A DNA stretch of 63,502 nt, the filler included, from Licmophora abbreviata (taxonomy: Eukaryota): the NCBI GenBank assembly GCA_900291995.1. It is 10 parts of 10 records of this genome, joined end to end, with 100 filler letters (N's around TTAATTAATTAA, not from the genome) between each part and the next. Parts side by side here need not be neighbours in the genome. Positions count along the whole stretch, not along the records: positions 5,766 to 25,373 come from OLMU01005184.1; positions 25,474 to 27,803 come from OLMU01005185.1; positions 27,904 to 31,307 come from OLMU01005186.1; positions 31,408 to 32,960 come from OLMU01005191.1; 6 more parts are not named here. One strand, given 5' to 3'. A program made the position numbers and the translations under genes. Within the stretch, counting starts at the first letter, position 1. Each line of letters opens with the position of its first letter. Of this stretch, positions 22,293-31,866 are shown piece by piece. Under the pieces are notes generated by a model. It searched no databases and was not told the DNA's origin. It was given only the letters and a program-made list of their open reading frames with translations.

Positions 22293-23477
22293 ATGAGCGA
22301 CTTTCAATCGCTCTTGTCATCGTTTCAAGCTGCTACAGGGACTCCATCGACTTCGTCTACTGCTCAAACTAGTGACGATACTACCGAGGACAAGTCATCA
22401 TCGTCGTCGTCCTTGCTCGAATTAACGACTCGGCTGTGGCAGTTCTCGCAGCTCAAACATTCGACGCGGGCACTACTGCAAAACAGCAACAGTAGTAGTG
22501 CGGATGGCAGTGTCATACACAAGGATTCTCCGAAATTAAAAAAGAAAGTTCACCTTGCCATTTGTCTCTGTATAGTCGACGACCTTCCTCATGAAAATAT
22601 TTGGAAGCACTGGATGGAAGACGACGAGTCGGGGGACAAGGTATCAACAACGACCACCGCTATTGCTGCAGAGCTCTACGTTCACGCCAAGCACCCCGAG
22701 CGCATTCGTTCCAGCTGGGTGCGAGGGAAGCTTCTGTCTGTATCACACAAACCCGACTGGAATGACGTGCGGATTGTCAAGGCCATGTTGAGCCTCGTGG
22801 AGAAAGCCTTGCAGGACGATCATGTGACGCATATCCTCTTTGGGACAGAATCGTGTATACCGATTGTGACTCTCCACGAAATCCAGCTGGATCACTCCAA
22901 GAGTTACGTCGCCTACTTTGATAAACGCCACGCCAGTCGGTTTGATGAACGACGCTGTTGGAATGCTGTGGAACCCCATGTACCGAGTCAGGTCATCTAC
23001 AAGGCTCTGCCCGGATGGTGTTGTCTCTGTCGAGAACACGCACAAGCCATTCTCGACTTGCCTCGTACACATCTTGCCGGGAAGGACTTGTACCCTGCGT
23101 TTGAATCGTGCTGGGCTCCAGAAGAAGTCTACTTTCCCACATGTCTTGCCCTTCTTGGATATCTCTCGACTGCATCCGTCGTCCAGCGCGCGTTGACGCA
23201 TGCAGAGTGGAACTTGCGGGCGCACAACGAACGAGATCGGGCGCATCCGAAACAGTGGGACGACGACTTTACTTTGGGGCTGGTCCAAGCCTTGCGCCGC
23301 AAGTACGATTGTTTCTTCTTGAGAAAAGTCAAGTATCGAATGCCATTGGAGCGATGGCAGCGGGCTGTGGGACAGAGTAGTGGCGGGGAGCGGAATCGCC
23401 GCGGCGTTGACGATGAGTACAGACGGCGCGAACCGTATTACCGTGCAGACAGTAATAAGCGTCGACGGCGTAGCTAG
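22293..23477 (+). CDS. Core-2/I-branching (GT14-like/DUF266) glycosyltransferase-like protein
   Basis: LYVHAK, W.DVRIVKAM..L..AL.D, TESCIPI, APEEVYFPT, THAEW, HPK, FFLRKV. Confidence 0.82.
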   Translation: MSDFQSLLSSFQAATGTPSTSSTAQTSDDTTEDKSSSSSSLLELTTRLWQFSQLKHSTRALLQNSNSSSADGSVIHKDSPKLKKKVHLAICLCIVDDLPHENIWKHWMEDDESGDKVSTTTTAIAAELYVHAKHPERIRSSWVRGKLLSVSHKPDWNDVRIVKAMLSLVEKALQDDHVTHILFGTESCIPIVTLHEIQLDHSKSYVAYFDKRHASRFDERRCWNAVEPHVPSQVIYKALPGWCCLCREHAQAILDLPRTHLAGKDLYPAFESCWAPEEVYFPTCLALLGYLSTASVVQRALTHAEWNLRAHNERDRAHPKQWDDDFTLGLVQALRRKYDCFFLRKVKYRMPLERWQRAVGQSSGGERNRRGVDDEYRRREPYYRADSNKRRRRS

Positions 23478-23650
23478 AAAGGCAGAGACGAAGCACAGAG
23501 CAGTCGATACAGACGAGTATGACAGCTCAAAATATTGTATTTTTCTTTTGACAAAATGTTCCATCCACTCTTGTTGAATCAATCGCTCGCCTCCCGCTCC
23601 TCGTCGTCTTCCTTGCACTATTATATTTCTCTACCCTAAAACCGTAGCAA

Positions 23651-25281
23651 TCAATTGTCATAACGTTCCAAGAGACACGCATGGCCCATGCCTCCATCCG
23701 CACAGGCCGCCACGAGCGCAAACCGCTGATTCTCTTCTTGCAACCGACGCGACGCCGTCGTCACCAATCGACAGCCCGTCGCACCAAAGGGATGTCCGAC
23801 TGCCAGTGAACCTCCCTTGGTATTGAGTTTGTCCATATCGACTTGTCCGACCTTTTTGCCACCAAAGTGTTCATCCGCGAACATCTGCGAGTTCATGGCC
23901 GTCAGATTCGACAGGATTTGTCCCGCAAAGGCTTCATGAATTTCATAGACACCAATGTCTTTCTCCATATCAAGCTTCTGGCGACTCAGAACTTCCTGCG
24001 AGCAGTATGTCGGTCCCTGAAATAAATTACAAAGAAAAACCGTGAGAGCGATCAAGGCTTTCAACGCCAAGGGGATGGTTCACATGACTGCACAAACACT
24101 CACCAACAAGAGCTCCTCAAAGGGATCACAGGCCTTAAAGGACCAGTCACGCAAGTAGGCCAGGGGCTTGTATCCTAGTTCTAGCGCTTTCGCTTCACTC
24201 ATGAGCAAGGTCGCGGATGCACCGTCCGTCAAGTAACTCGAGTTGGCCGCCGTGTGAGTTCCATGAGGCTTGACGAATGCCGGCTTGAGCTTCGACACCG
24301 ACTCGATGGTGCTGTCAGCCTTGATGCCATTTTCCTCTGTCGATCCCTTGTAGGCGACTACCTCTCCCTTGTACCACCCGTCCGCATGTGCCTTGCCCGC
24401 AAGAGTATGACTGCGTACCGTAAATTGGTCCTGCTCGTCCCTCGACACACCAAATTTGGCAGAGAGTTTGTCACTCGACACGCCCATGACTTCACCAGTA
24501 GTGTAATTGGCAATGGCAGGAGTCTCGAGAGAGATATCTTTAAGTTTGAGTCCCTTCAGAAAGTGCCGTGCGCCGCCAATGGGTCCTCCCTTCTTCATGG
24601 CCTTTGGCATGGTGATGAGCTTTTGACGGACTTTGCGAGTAAGACGAATAGGAACGTCGCTGAAGGTTTCAGCGCCACCAGCAATCACAACCTCGGCATG
24701 TCCCGTCAGAATCTTTTCCGCAGCGGAACACATGGCGGCGTTCGAGGAGATGCAAGCCTGTGCGTATGTAGAGAGGGAAGTGAGTGGCAAAGAGAGGCGG
24801 GTAGTGCCGCGTGAGTATACCGGTACATTCAGGAGGTAGAAAGAGCCCTTGACCTCTTTGGTCGCCTTGACAGATCGTAATATTTAACACAATTTTGGAT
24901 AAAGCTTACTTGCGCAATCGTATGAGCCCCAACATGATTGGGGATGCCTGCATTTATGGCTGCTTCGCGTGCCAGGTTCGAGGTCCTCACTTCTTGAATG
25001 ACATTCCCGGTAATGACATAGTCTACTTCATTCTTATCGAGGGCAGTTTCGGTCAGCAAACCTTGAATGGCCATGCGCTGCAGGTCGACAGCGAGCTCGT
25101 TGCTGTAAATCGTGGACGTCAACGCAAACGGCAATCGAACGCCGCTCACGACTACGACATTTTTGGATTTTGAAACTTGTTCTTTTTTCAGAGGTGAAGA
25201 CGAGAACAAGGCCTTCTGGAACGAAGCAGCTCTAGAACTACTGCGATGAGCAGAGCGAGTAAGCAGCCGAAGGGATGACAT
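23651..25281 (-). CDS. HADHB: 3-ketoacyl-CoA thiolase, mitochondrial trifunctional enzyme beta subunit-like (introns 24758-24909, 24017-24103)
   Basis: AQ|ACISSN catalytic Cys, TAANSSYLTDGAS, EELLL|GPTY, HEAFAGQ, GHPFGATG, ACADGG. Arg/Ser-rich presequence. Canonical GT-AG introns. Confidence 0.93.
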
Positions 25282-25698
25282 CTTGCTGTAGAGCGAACGA
25301 ATTCAAGGAGACATATACTGTCAACGGAAGAGTGATGGAAGTGCACACAGTTTGCGAACCGAGCCAATCTTGANNNNNNNNNNNNNNNNNNNNNNNNNNN
25401 NNNNNNNNNNNNNNNNNTTAATTAATTAANNNNNNNNNNNNNNNNNNNNNNNNNNNNNNNNNNNNNNNNNNNNATCCAGGCGCGTCATCGCGTGTCATCG
25501 TGATATCTTAGACTCCTCCGACTCAAATGTATTCTTTCGAACGAGTCAACAAGCTCGACTCACTCGACTCAGATCGACTCGTCGGACTCGGAAACAAGTA
25601 CTCACTCACTCACTCCCCGGCCTTACTCACACTCCTTCGAGTCAGTCAAACGGAGGCGTACTTCGTACCCTACCCTTGATATCATACTTTAACTCTAG

Positions 25699-26846
25699 CT
25701 AACATAGCGCAATTTTCTCCTTGAGCCATGCCGGAAGGTTTGAAGTTGGTCGTTTCGTACTCCCATTTAAGGCCATAATGGTCACCTTCCCATGCGCCAA
25801 CGTTTTCTTCTTTTGGTTACTCGGTTCCCTTCGCCACCCACATGATCCTCTTCTTCTTCTTCCATGAACAGTAGTAGAATATGCCAACATTCCAGAATCA
25901 TACCATTTCGCTTTGGAACAAATCTAGTTTGTACTATCACTTCTTGTCCCGCTCGATATCCCTCGCCCACATCCAATACTACTAGTGAAAAGTCGTGTAT
26001 GCCCGTTACCACAAAGAGAAGGCCATCATGCTCTTGTAGATTCTTCAAGACATCCGGTCCACCCAAGAAGTTGGTACGGGAACGTTCAAAGAGATTCAGT
26101 ATGTTGCGGAGGGGCAGCTGGTTGGGCATGTGAGCTTCAAACTCGTCTCGGAATGGAACAAATTTGTCATGAGCCAATACTCCCATATTCTGATTAGCAC
26201 CAAACGCAGGAGCAGAGACTTTGGTGCGAATCACGTGTACATTGGGGTAGCCAATGACGATTCGGGCAGTGTTATAAACCACCACGGAGTCCTTATCGTC
26301 GTCATCACCAACACTACTTTGGATGGACATGTCCCACTCTTCGGATCCACTCCCGTCGTCGTAGATCCGTATCCGTTCTCCCACAACCACAAAGACACCG
26401 CCGAGAGCAGGCGACGCTTTGAATTTCTGCTCCTGTACCTGTAGAATGGACCAGTCGTCGGTGTCGGTGAGTGTGGAGGGAGTCGCTGTATTCATCACGT
26501 CTTGTGCTGCCATGTGCAGGGCCCGATCATAGATGCGCAAGTAATTGGCGTTGTAAATGACACCATAGGCATCCGTGTCCTCAATAAAAACTCTCATTTC
26601 CGGTGATGTAAAGGAGGTGAGAGCAGCAAGACGAGATGATGTCTTCGCTGCCGTCGACTCTTCGTGATGGAAAGACGAAGAAAAGGGACTCGTGATTTGA
26701 CGCTTCCTTGCCGTCCTCCATGGTTTTCGAAGCTGAAGTTTAGGAACAGAGGCCTGATGCATCGGGAAAACAAGCATCATCAGACCGTCTGTGGTGCGAT
26801 TCATCAGAAGATGTGAAATAAGAATGCAGGTGATTGTAAGGATCAT
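25699..26846 (-). CDS. Double hotdog-fold acyl-thioesterase (4HBT/YbgC-like) with apparent frameshift near 25827
   Basis: RVFIEDTDAYGVIYNANYLRIYDRA; second module NLFERSRTNFLGG. The expected terminal strand LAHGKVTIMALN..RP..LPAWL lies in the adjacent frame (ORF 25699-25890). Start uncertain. Confidence 0.72.
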
Positions 26847-27319
26847 CCTCTTCCTTCGAAAAGACAGAAAAAATGGCAATGCAGAGCAGCTTCCTTGCAT
26901 GATACATCGAAATAAGCTATGGTCAAACGCCCTTCTTTCTGGACTCCAAACGTTTGCGATTTGAGCAAGTCTATCGCACGGCATCAACAACACCATGGTT
27001 GTTGTGAGATGTGAGAAACTTAAGTATTTGAAATTATTAAATTATTGGCATCTTCTATGTTTGTGATATGTGAGATTCCTCGAATGCTTCTTGCTGTCCG
27101 TAGTTTGAAGGAATCCTTTATTTTTAGACTCACCACCGCCACTCATTCGAAAAAAGGCCGCATCGAAACGCAATCTCGAAACTCGAATCAATCAAGTTCA
27201 GTTTTATCGCAATGGCGACATGAGATAACGACCGTGTAGCAGCAGCCCCTCTTTCTTTCGTGTGTCTCTTTACCTTTGACACTAGACAGAAGTAGATTTT
27301 CATCGTACAAGCGCACACT

Positions 27320-28280
27320 ATGAGACACGGCAGAGCCAAGGCGGCAAGACGAACCCTTCAATTTTTTCGGTTGCAACATGGAATTCGACCCCCCTACCAT
27401 GTCATCCTGGACGGCACCTTCTTGCTGCAAGTCATTCAACAGAAGGTTCCACTTAAGGAACGACTGGATCGAGTATTGCAGCATGAGCGAATAATCTTGT
27501 ACGTCTGTCGAAGTTCCTTATCGGAGTTGCAGTCTCTTTCGGAACAACCGGGTCTCGTCAATGCTAATTCAGACATGAAGGAGCGGTTGAGACAGGCGCG
27601 ACAGTGGGGACTCGATGAGTGCGATGTCATACTGGAAAACAAGGATATACCAACAACAACACAAACCGCAGCAGCAGCAGCACATGATGACGATTTTGGA
27701 ACGGCTGGTCGAGATATTTGGAACCTCGTGTCGAATGGTGACAAGCTCCAACACTACTTGGTGGCTACTCAGGAGGAGCAATTGTTGGACGCCCTGCGTC
27801 GGTNNNNNNNNNNNNNNNNNNNNNNNNNNNNNNNNNNNNNNNNNNNNTTAATTAATTAANNNNNNNNNNNNNNNNNNNNNNNNNNNNNNNNNNNNNNNNN
27901 NNNAATTGTTGGACGCCCTGCGTCGGTTAGGGACGGCTCCATTGTTGCGATTGAGTCGGGGTGTGCTGTTGTTGGAGCAGCCGAGCAAAGCATCGCAACA
28001 CAAAGCGTCGACTCAAGAATATCGCAAGTGGGGTGGAAGCTCGAATGCCAGTGAGAAGGAAAAAGCGCTTGTCAAGACTGTAAAGGAACTGGGAAGACAG
28101 GATCTTCCCAAGCCACACTACGAACAGTCTCATCGTCGTGTCAAGTCGAAAGCGAAGGGACCGAATCCTTTGAGCTGTAAAAAGAGGCGCAGCGCTGACG
28201 AGACGGACGTCAGTGCGAAAAAGACGAGTCGCAAGCGACGACGAAAGCACAAAGCCTCCGAGCAAGCCTCTGAATCCTAG
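27320..28280 (+). CDS. UTP23: rRNA-processing PIN-domain protein UTP23 (split by spacer with 24-bp overlap)
   Basis: PPYHVILDGTF, YLVATQ, LLLEQPS, KAKGPNPLSCKK. aattgttggacgccctgcgtcggt is duplicated on both sides of the gap. Confidence 0.9.
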
Positions 28281-29168
28281 CCATGATGCCTACCACCAGG
28301 TAGTATCAGCGTTGGAGGGTTAACTCATCCTGAGTAACTGAAGACTTTCATGCTCAAATCGTGTTCTACCAGTACAGACCTCAACCAGCCTACTTACTGG
28401 TTGCTAATATCTCCTGTACTAGTACATGGTTATTGTATCGCTGCTGAACTACCACAGAATGTTGTGTCGGGTCCTGGAATCCTTTCGTGTTCATACCAGA
28501 GTTAAACTACCGCTTCCAAGACGCATCCGTCATGATCTTGCCGGCTCAATGCTGCGCTTCTCCGCCCTTGTGTTCCGTCAAGTCGTGACTCTCACCCTGG
28601 ATACGATCATGTATCCGATCCGCTGCATGATTAAAAAGCAAATAAAATGGAGAGCTATCAGCATTTTCAGTAAAGACGCAAGCCCGTAAAGGATATGAAA
28701 TAAGTAGAAATACACATAAGCTTCATCTTGGGCATTCAAAGGCAGCAAATGGCTCTCGAGCACCAGACTGCGCTAGATAGTAAAAGTAGAATGCCCAGCC
28801 GCGTGACAATCCATGTAAGTATCATGACCGCGACACAGGCAGCTGTCGCGACCTTCCACTTGAGAAAAAACATCTTGTACCATTCGTTCGTCCATGTCCT
28901 CCTGTGCTTGCCCTCTTGCTGAAATTCTGGAAAAGTCTTCATGGGGGGAAGGACTCCGTAGACATTGAGCTCAAAATGATTAGCGCACCAATGAACACAG
29001 CCCTTGCAGCCCAACGACGGGCGCCAATCGTCGAACTGTAGCACCTAAGAGGAAACTGGATTTTGGCCACACACGTAATCGAGAAAAGCCATGCAGGCAA
29101 CTATGTCTATTGCAATCATCGCCTTGTAGCTTGCTTTCAAAAATTAAGGCTGTTCATCCCCGTAGTCG

Positions 29169-31307
29169 CTACGCGCCTTGCACGGTTATTGTAATTTCGA
29201 GACTATTTCCTGCGTTGCCATTGCCACGAGCCCGGTCATATATGACTGCCTTGACAGCATAACTCCCGTTGCTAGGTTGCCAGTTGAAATAGTCTTCACC
29301 TTTATTACCCGCTAGTGCGTATGGGGCAACATTTTCGGTCTTCTCTATGCCGCCATTCAGAAAGAATCTGACACTTCCAATACCACTGCCACTCGTGTCG
29401 GCCCGAATATTTATGTTGGGAGTCAACGACTTGTCAATCGTGTATCCGTTCGTCAGAGTATTGATTTTGGTATTGGTCATCGAGTTCATCAAGGACATAG
29501 ATACAATCGAAGGTCCTCCGCCGACTGGGTTCGGTGTCGACTGAGGCGTCCTCGTCTGTTTTTCGACAATTGTCAATTGTATCGAATAGGTGTTTCCAGC
29601 ATCATCTTGCCCATCGGCCTGGTTATACACGGTAGCGCTGAGGGTTTGGGTGCCCAATGGCGCATCCCAGGCCCTGTAGTCTCCGTCGATATCTCCTTGT
29701 AGTGCATAGGGTGCAAAACGTTCGATCCGCTGAGTAATGCCGTTCAGTTTGAATACAACGCTCCCAATGATGCCAACTGAATTCGCGCGGACATTGATCG
29801 CTGGTGTGTCCTCTAGCACGATCATGGATCCGTCAGATATTGTCCGGATATCTCCATTTGTGTCGGAGTTTATCAGTGTGAAACTCGTGATGGCTGGCCC
29901 GGCGGCAGCCTGGGGCGTAGGATTGGGGGTAGGATTAGGCGTCGATTCTGGGACTGGATTGGGAGTGGGCCCAGACGTCGGATCTGCCGTTGGCTGCGCG
30001 GATGACTCTGTGGCCGTGGGAGTCTCACTTGGCAACGAGCTGGGCATCATGGAAGGCACGATGCTCGGAGCAGATGACTCCGTGACAGTGGGAGTCGCAC
30101 TTGGCAACGAGCTGGGCGTCACGGAAGGCGCGGAGCTTGGAACAGAGGACTTGGCGACAAAGGGAGTTGCGCTTGGCAACGAGCTGGGCATCACGGAAGG
30201 CATGGAGCTTGGAGCAGATGACTCGGTGACGGTTGGAGTCTCACTTTGTAACGAGCTGGGCGTCACTGAAGGCACGGAGCTCGGAACAGAAGACTTGGTG
30301 ACAGTGGGAGTCGCGCTTGGCAACGCGCTAGGCATCACGGGAGGCATGGAGCTTGGAGCAGATGATTCGGTTGAAATTGGATCAAAATTGATAACCCCAT
30401 CGTCGTCCTCCGCGATAGATGGAGCCTGGCTTGAGATTTCGCTCGGCGAGCTGCTTGGTACCATACTGGGCGCCACTGACGCCAACTCGCTCAAGTCAAG
30501 AGGCCATTCGAACATGCTCGCAAAATTCTCTTCCCGAACTATCACATTCCCGTCCACGGAGACCTGAAAGAACGGGAGGTCGTCGTTCCGATCCTCGTTG
30601 AATCCATTCTGTCCGCTGTCCTTGATGACAAAATAGTGCATACCCGATCGAGGAAGGCACATCTCACGCCGCACTGACGCCCCAGCAAAGTAGGCCCAGG
30701 TGGAACGAAGCACGTATATGTCCTCTGTGTAGACGCTATTGCGGTTCGAGTCTTCGATTCGCCATGTCGTCTCGTTGGGCTTGTAGTCCAGGAGAAGATC
30801 AACGGCAACGAACGCTTCATCGTTTGCGCATGCATTGCTATCCAGCATGGTGAACCCGACTCCGGCCCATTGATCGAAGGTGGTATCGTCCTTGATGACT
30901 CTGCCGTCGAACTTGACGCGGAAGACGGCCTGATCTCCAATCAACCCATTCGAGCCCGTATCGCCCAGAGCAAAGTACATGGACTCGTTGTATGAAAGGC
31001 AGATATCAATGGTAGATGTCATGTTTTCTTCGATTGAGCCAAACTCTCCCGTTGAGATCAATTGGCCGTTAGCATGATAGAGTCGCCATAGATTGTCCTC
31101 TGGCGTGTAGTCAGTGTTGATCTCGACGGTAAGGATACCTTCGTCTGACCTGCACACTTGCGTTCCCTCGCGATAGAGCTTCCATTGGTCGTGCATTCGG
31201 GTTCTTTGCCCTTCAGTGAATCCTTCATAGCACAGTGTACTGTACCCCATGGTATTATTGTGTGGGTCAACACCTGGGAGAGACGGGCAAGTGTCCTCGG
31301 AAGTGCC
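29169..31307 (-). CDS. M43 (pappalysin/ulilysin-type) metalloprotease C-terminus + 2 beta-sandwich-like repeats + mucin-like stalk + 2 Ig-like domains; 5' end lost in gap
   Basis: Frame open to the gap: DTCPSLPGVDPHNNTMGYSTLCYEGFTEGQRTRM..W..YR (M43 Met-turn region). TDYTPEDNLW / LDYKPNETTW repeats. Two GSV.F.LNG..E..APYAL.G repeats. Confidence 0.75.
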   Translation of the reverse strand, partial: GTSEDTCPSLPGVDPHNNTMGYSTLCYEGFTEGQRTRMHDQWKLYREGTQVCRSDEGILTVEINTDYTPEDNLWRLYHANGQLISTGEFGSIEENMTSTIDICLSYNESMYFALGDTGSNGLIGDQAVFRVKFDGRVIKDDTTFDQWAGVGFTMLDSNACANDEAFVAVDLLLDYKPNETTWRIEDSNRNSVYTEDIYVLRSTWAYFAGASVRREMCLPRSGMHYFVIKDSGQNGFNEDRNDDLPFFQVSVDGNVIVREENFASMFEWPLDLSELASVAPSMVPSSSPSEISSQAPSIAEDDDGVINFDPISTESSAPSSMPPVMPSALPSATPTVTKSSVPSSVPSVTPSSLQSETPTVTESSAPSSMPSVMPSSLPSATPFVAKSSVPSSAPSVTPSSLPSATPTVTESSAPSIVPSMMPSSLPSETPTATESSAQPTADPTSGPTPNPVPESTPNPTPNPTPQAAAGPAITSFTLINSDTNGDIRTISDGSMIVLEDTPAINVRANSVGIIGSVVFKLNGITQRIERFAPYALQGDIDGDYRAWDAPLGTQTLSATVYNQADGQDDAGNTYSIQLTIVEKQTRTPQSTPNPVGGGPSIVSMSLMNSMTNTKINTLTNGYTIDKSLTPNINIRADTSGSGIGSVRFFLNGGIEKTENVAPYALAGNKGEDYFNWQPSNGSYAVKAVIYDRARGNGNAGNSLEITITVQGA
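29998..30372 (-). repeat. Coding tandem repeat, about 72 bp (24 aa) x5, alternating TESSA/TKSSV types
   Basis: TESSAPSSMPPVMPSALPSATPTV / TKSSVPSSVPSVTPSSLQSETPTV / TESSA.. / AKSSV.. / TESSA.. Confidence 0.85.
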
Positions 31308-31407
31308 NNNNNNNNNNNNNNNNNNNNNNNNNNNNNNNNNNNNNNNNNNNNTTAATTAATTAANNNNNNNNNNNNNNNNNNNNNNNNNNNNNNNNNNNNN
31401 NNNNNNN

Positions 31408-31866
31408 AGGTTTCCGGGACTTGCAAAGTTCACTACCATGTTGACCTATGGTAGCAGACTCTACCTGCCTCCGTCGAGAGATTCGGCTCGTGGCTTTCCT
31501 GAATATCAAATGATCCTGCTCGACTCGGACATTGTCGCCTCGGGGCCCTTTGCATGGATCTACAAGAAGCTCGCCAGAGGAAGTCAAGGCGGTGGAGGTT
31601 CCAAGTTTGTCAAGACCGTGTCTTACACGCGCGTGCGAGTGGAACCGGTCGAAACGCCCGAGGGGCCACAATTTGTCTTTCATTCCGACGCGTCCGTCAA
31701 TACGAGCATGACTGTGCCTTCGTGGGTCTTCAAGGCTTCCTTTTCCAGTCAGGAGTCGCTAGAGGCACGAGGCAGTCAGTCCATGCAGGCGTCATTGGAA
31801 AAGAACATTGGGCCGCGACTGAAGCGATTCCGCGATGCGTACAACAACCATGTCGGCATCATGTAG
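31408..31866 (+). CDS. 3' part of an uncharacterised protein, truncated by gap
   Basis: Frame open from the gap: FPGLAKFTTMLTYG..FPEYQMILLDS..GPFAWIYKKL..LEARGSQSMQASLEK. Confidence 0.55.
   Translation, partial: RFPGLAKFTTMLTYGSRLYLPPSRDSARGFPEYQMILLDSDIVASGPFAWIYKKLARGSQGGGGSKFVKTVSYTRVRVEPVETPEGPQFVFHSDASVNTSMTVPSWVFKASFSSQESLEARGSQSMQASLEKNIGPRLKRFRDAYNNHVGIM

Noticed and set aside
22743..23618. Long antisense ORFs (also 9604-10224, 37154-37762, 55525-56118, 56766-57422)
   Set aside because: They overlap well-supported genes in other frames or strands and have no recognisable motifs.
27780..27927. Direct repeats flanking gaps (also 42541/42674 and 60832/60971) as target-site duplications
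   Set aside because: Collapsing them restores continuous UTP23, ABCA and RPC40 frames; they are unmerged contig overlaps.
28300..29100. Possible MULE transposase remnant or decayed gene (HWCANHFELN, TM-like stretch)
   Set aside because: Only a short CxxH-like match, many stops, no TIRs or DDE context; cannot be assigned.
29737..30567. 276-aa plus-strand ORF with LGNELG repeats
   Set aside because: It is the antisense shadow of the Ser/Pro tandem repeat in the minus-strand protease gene.
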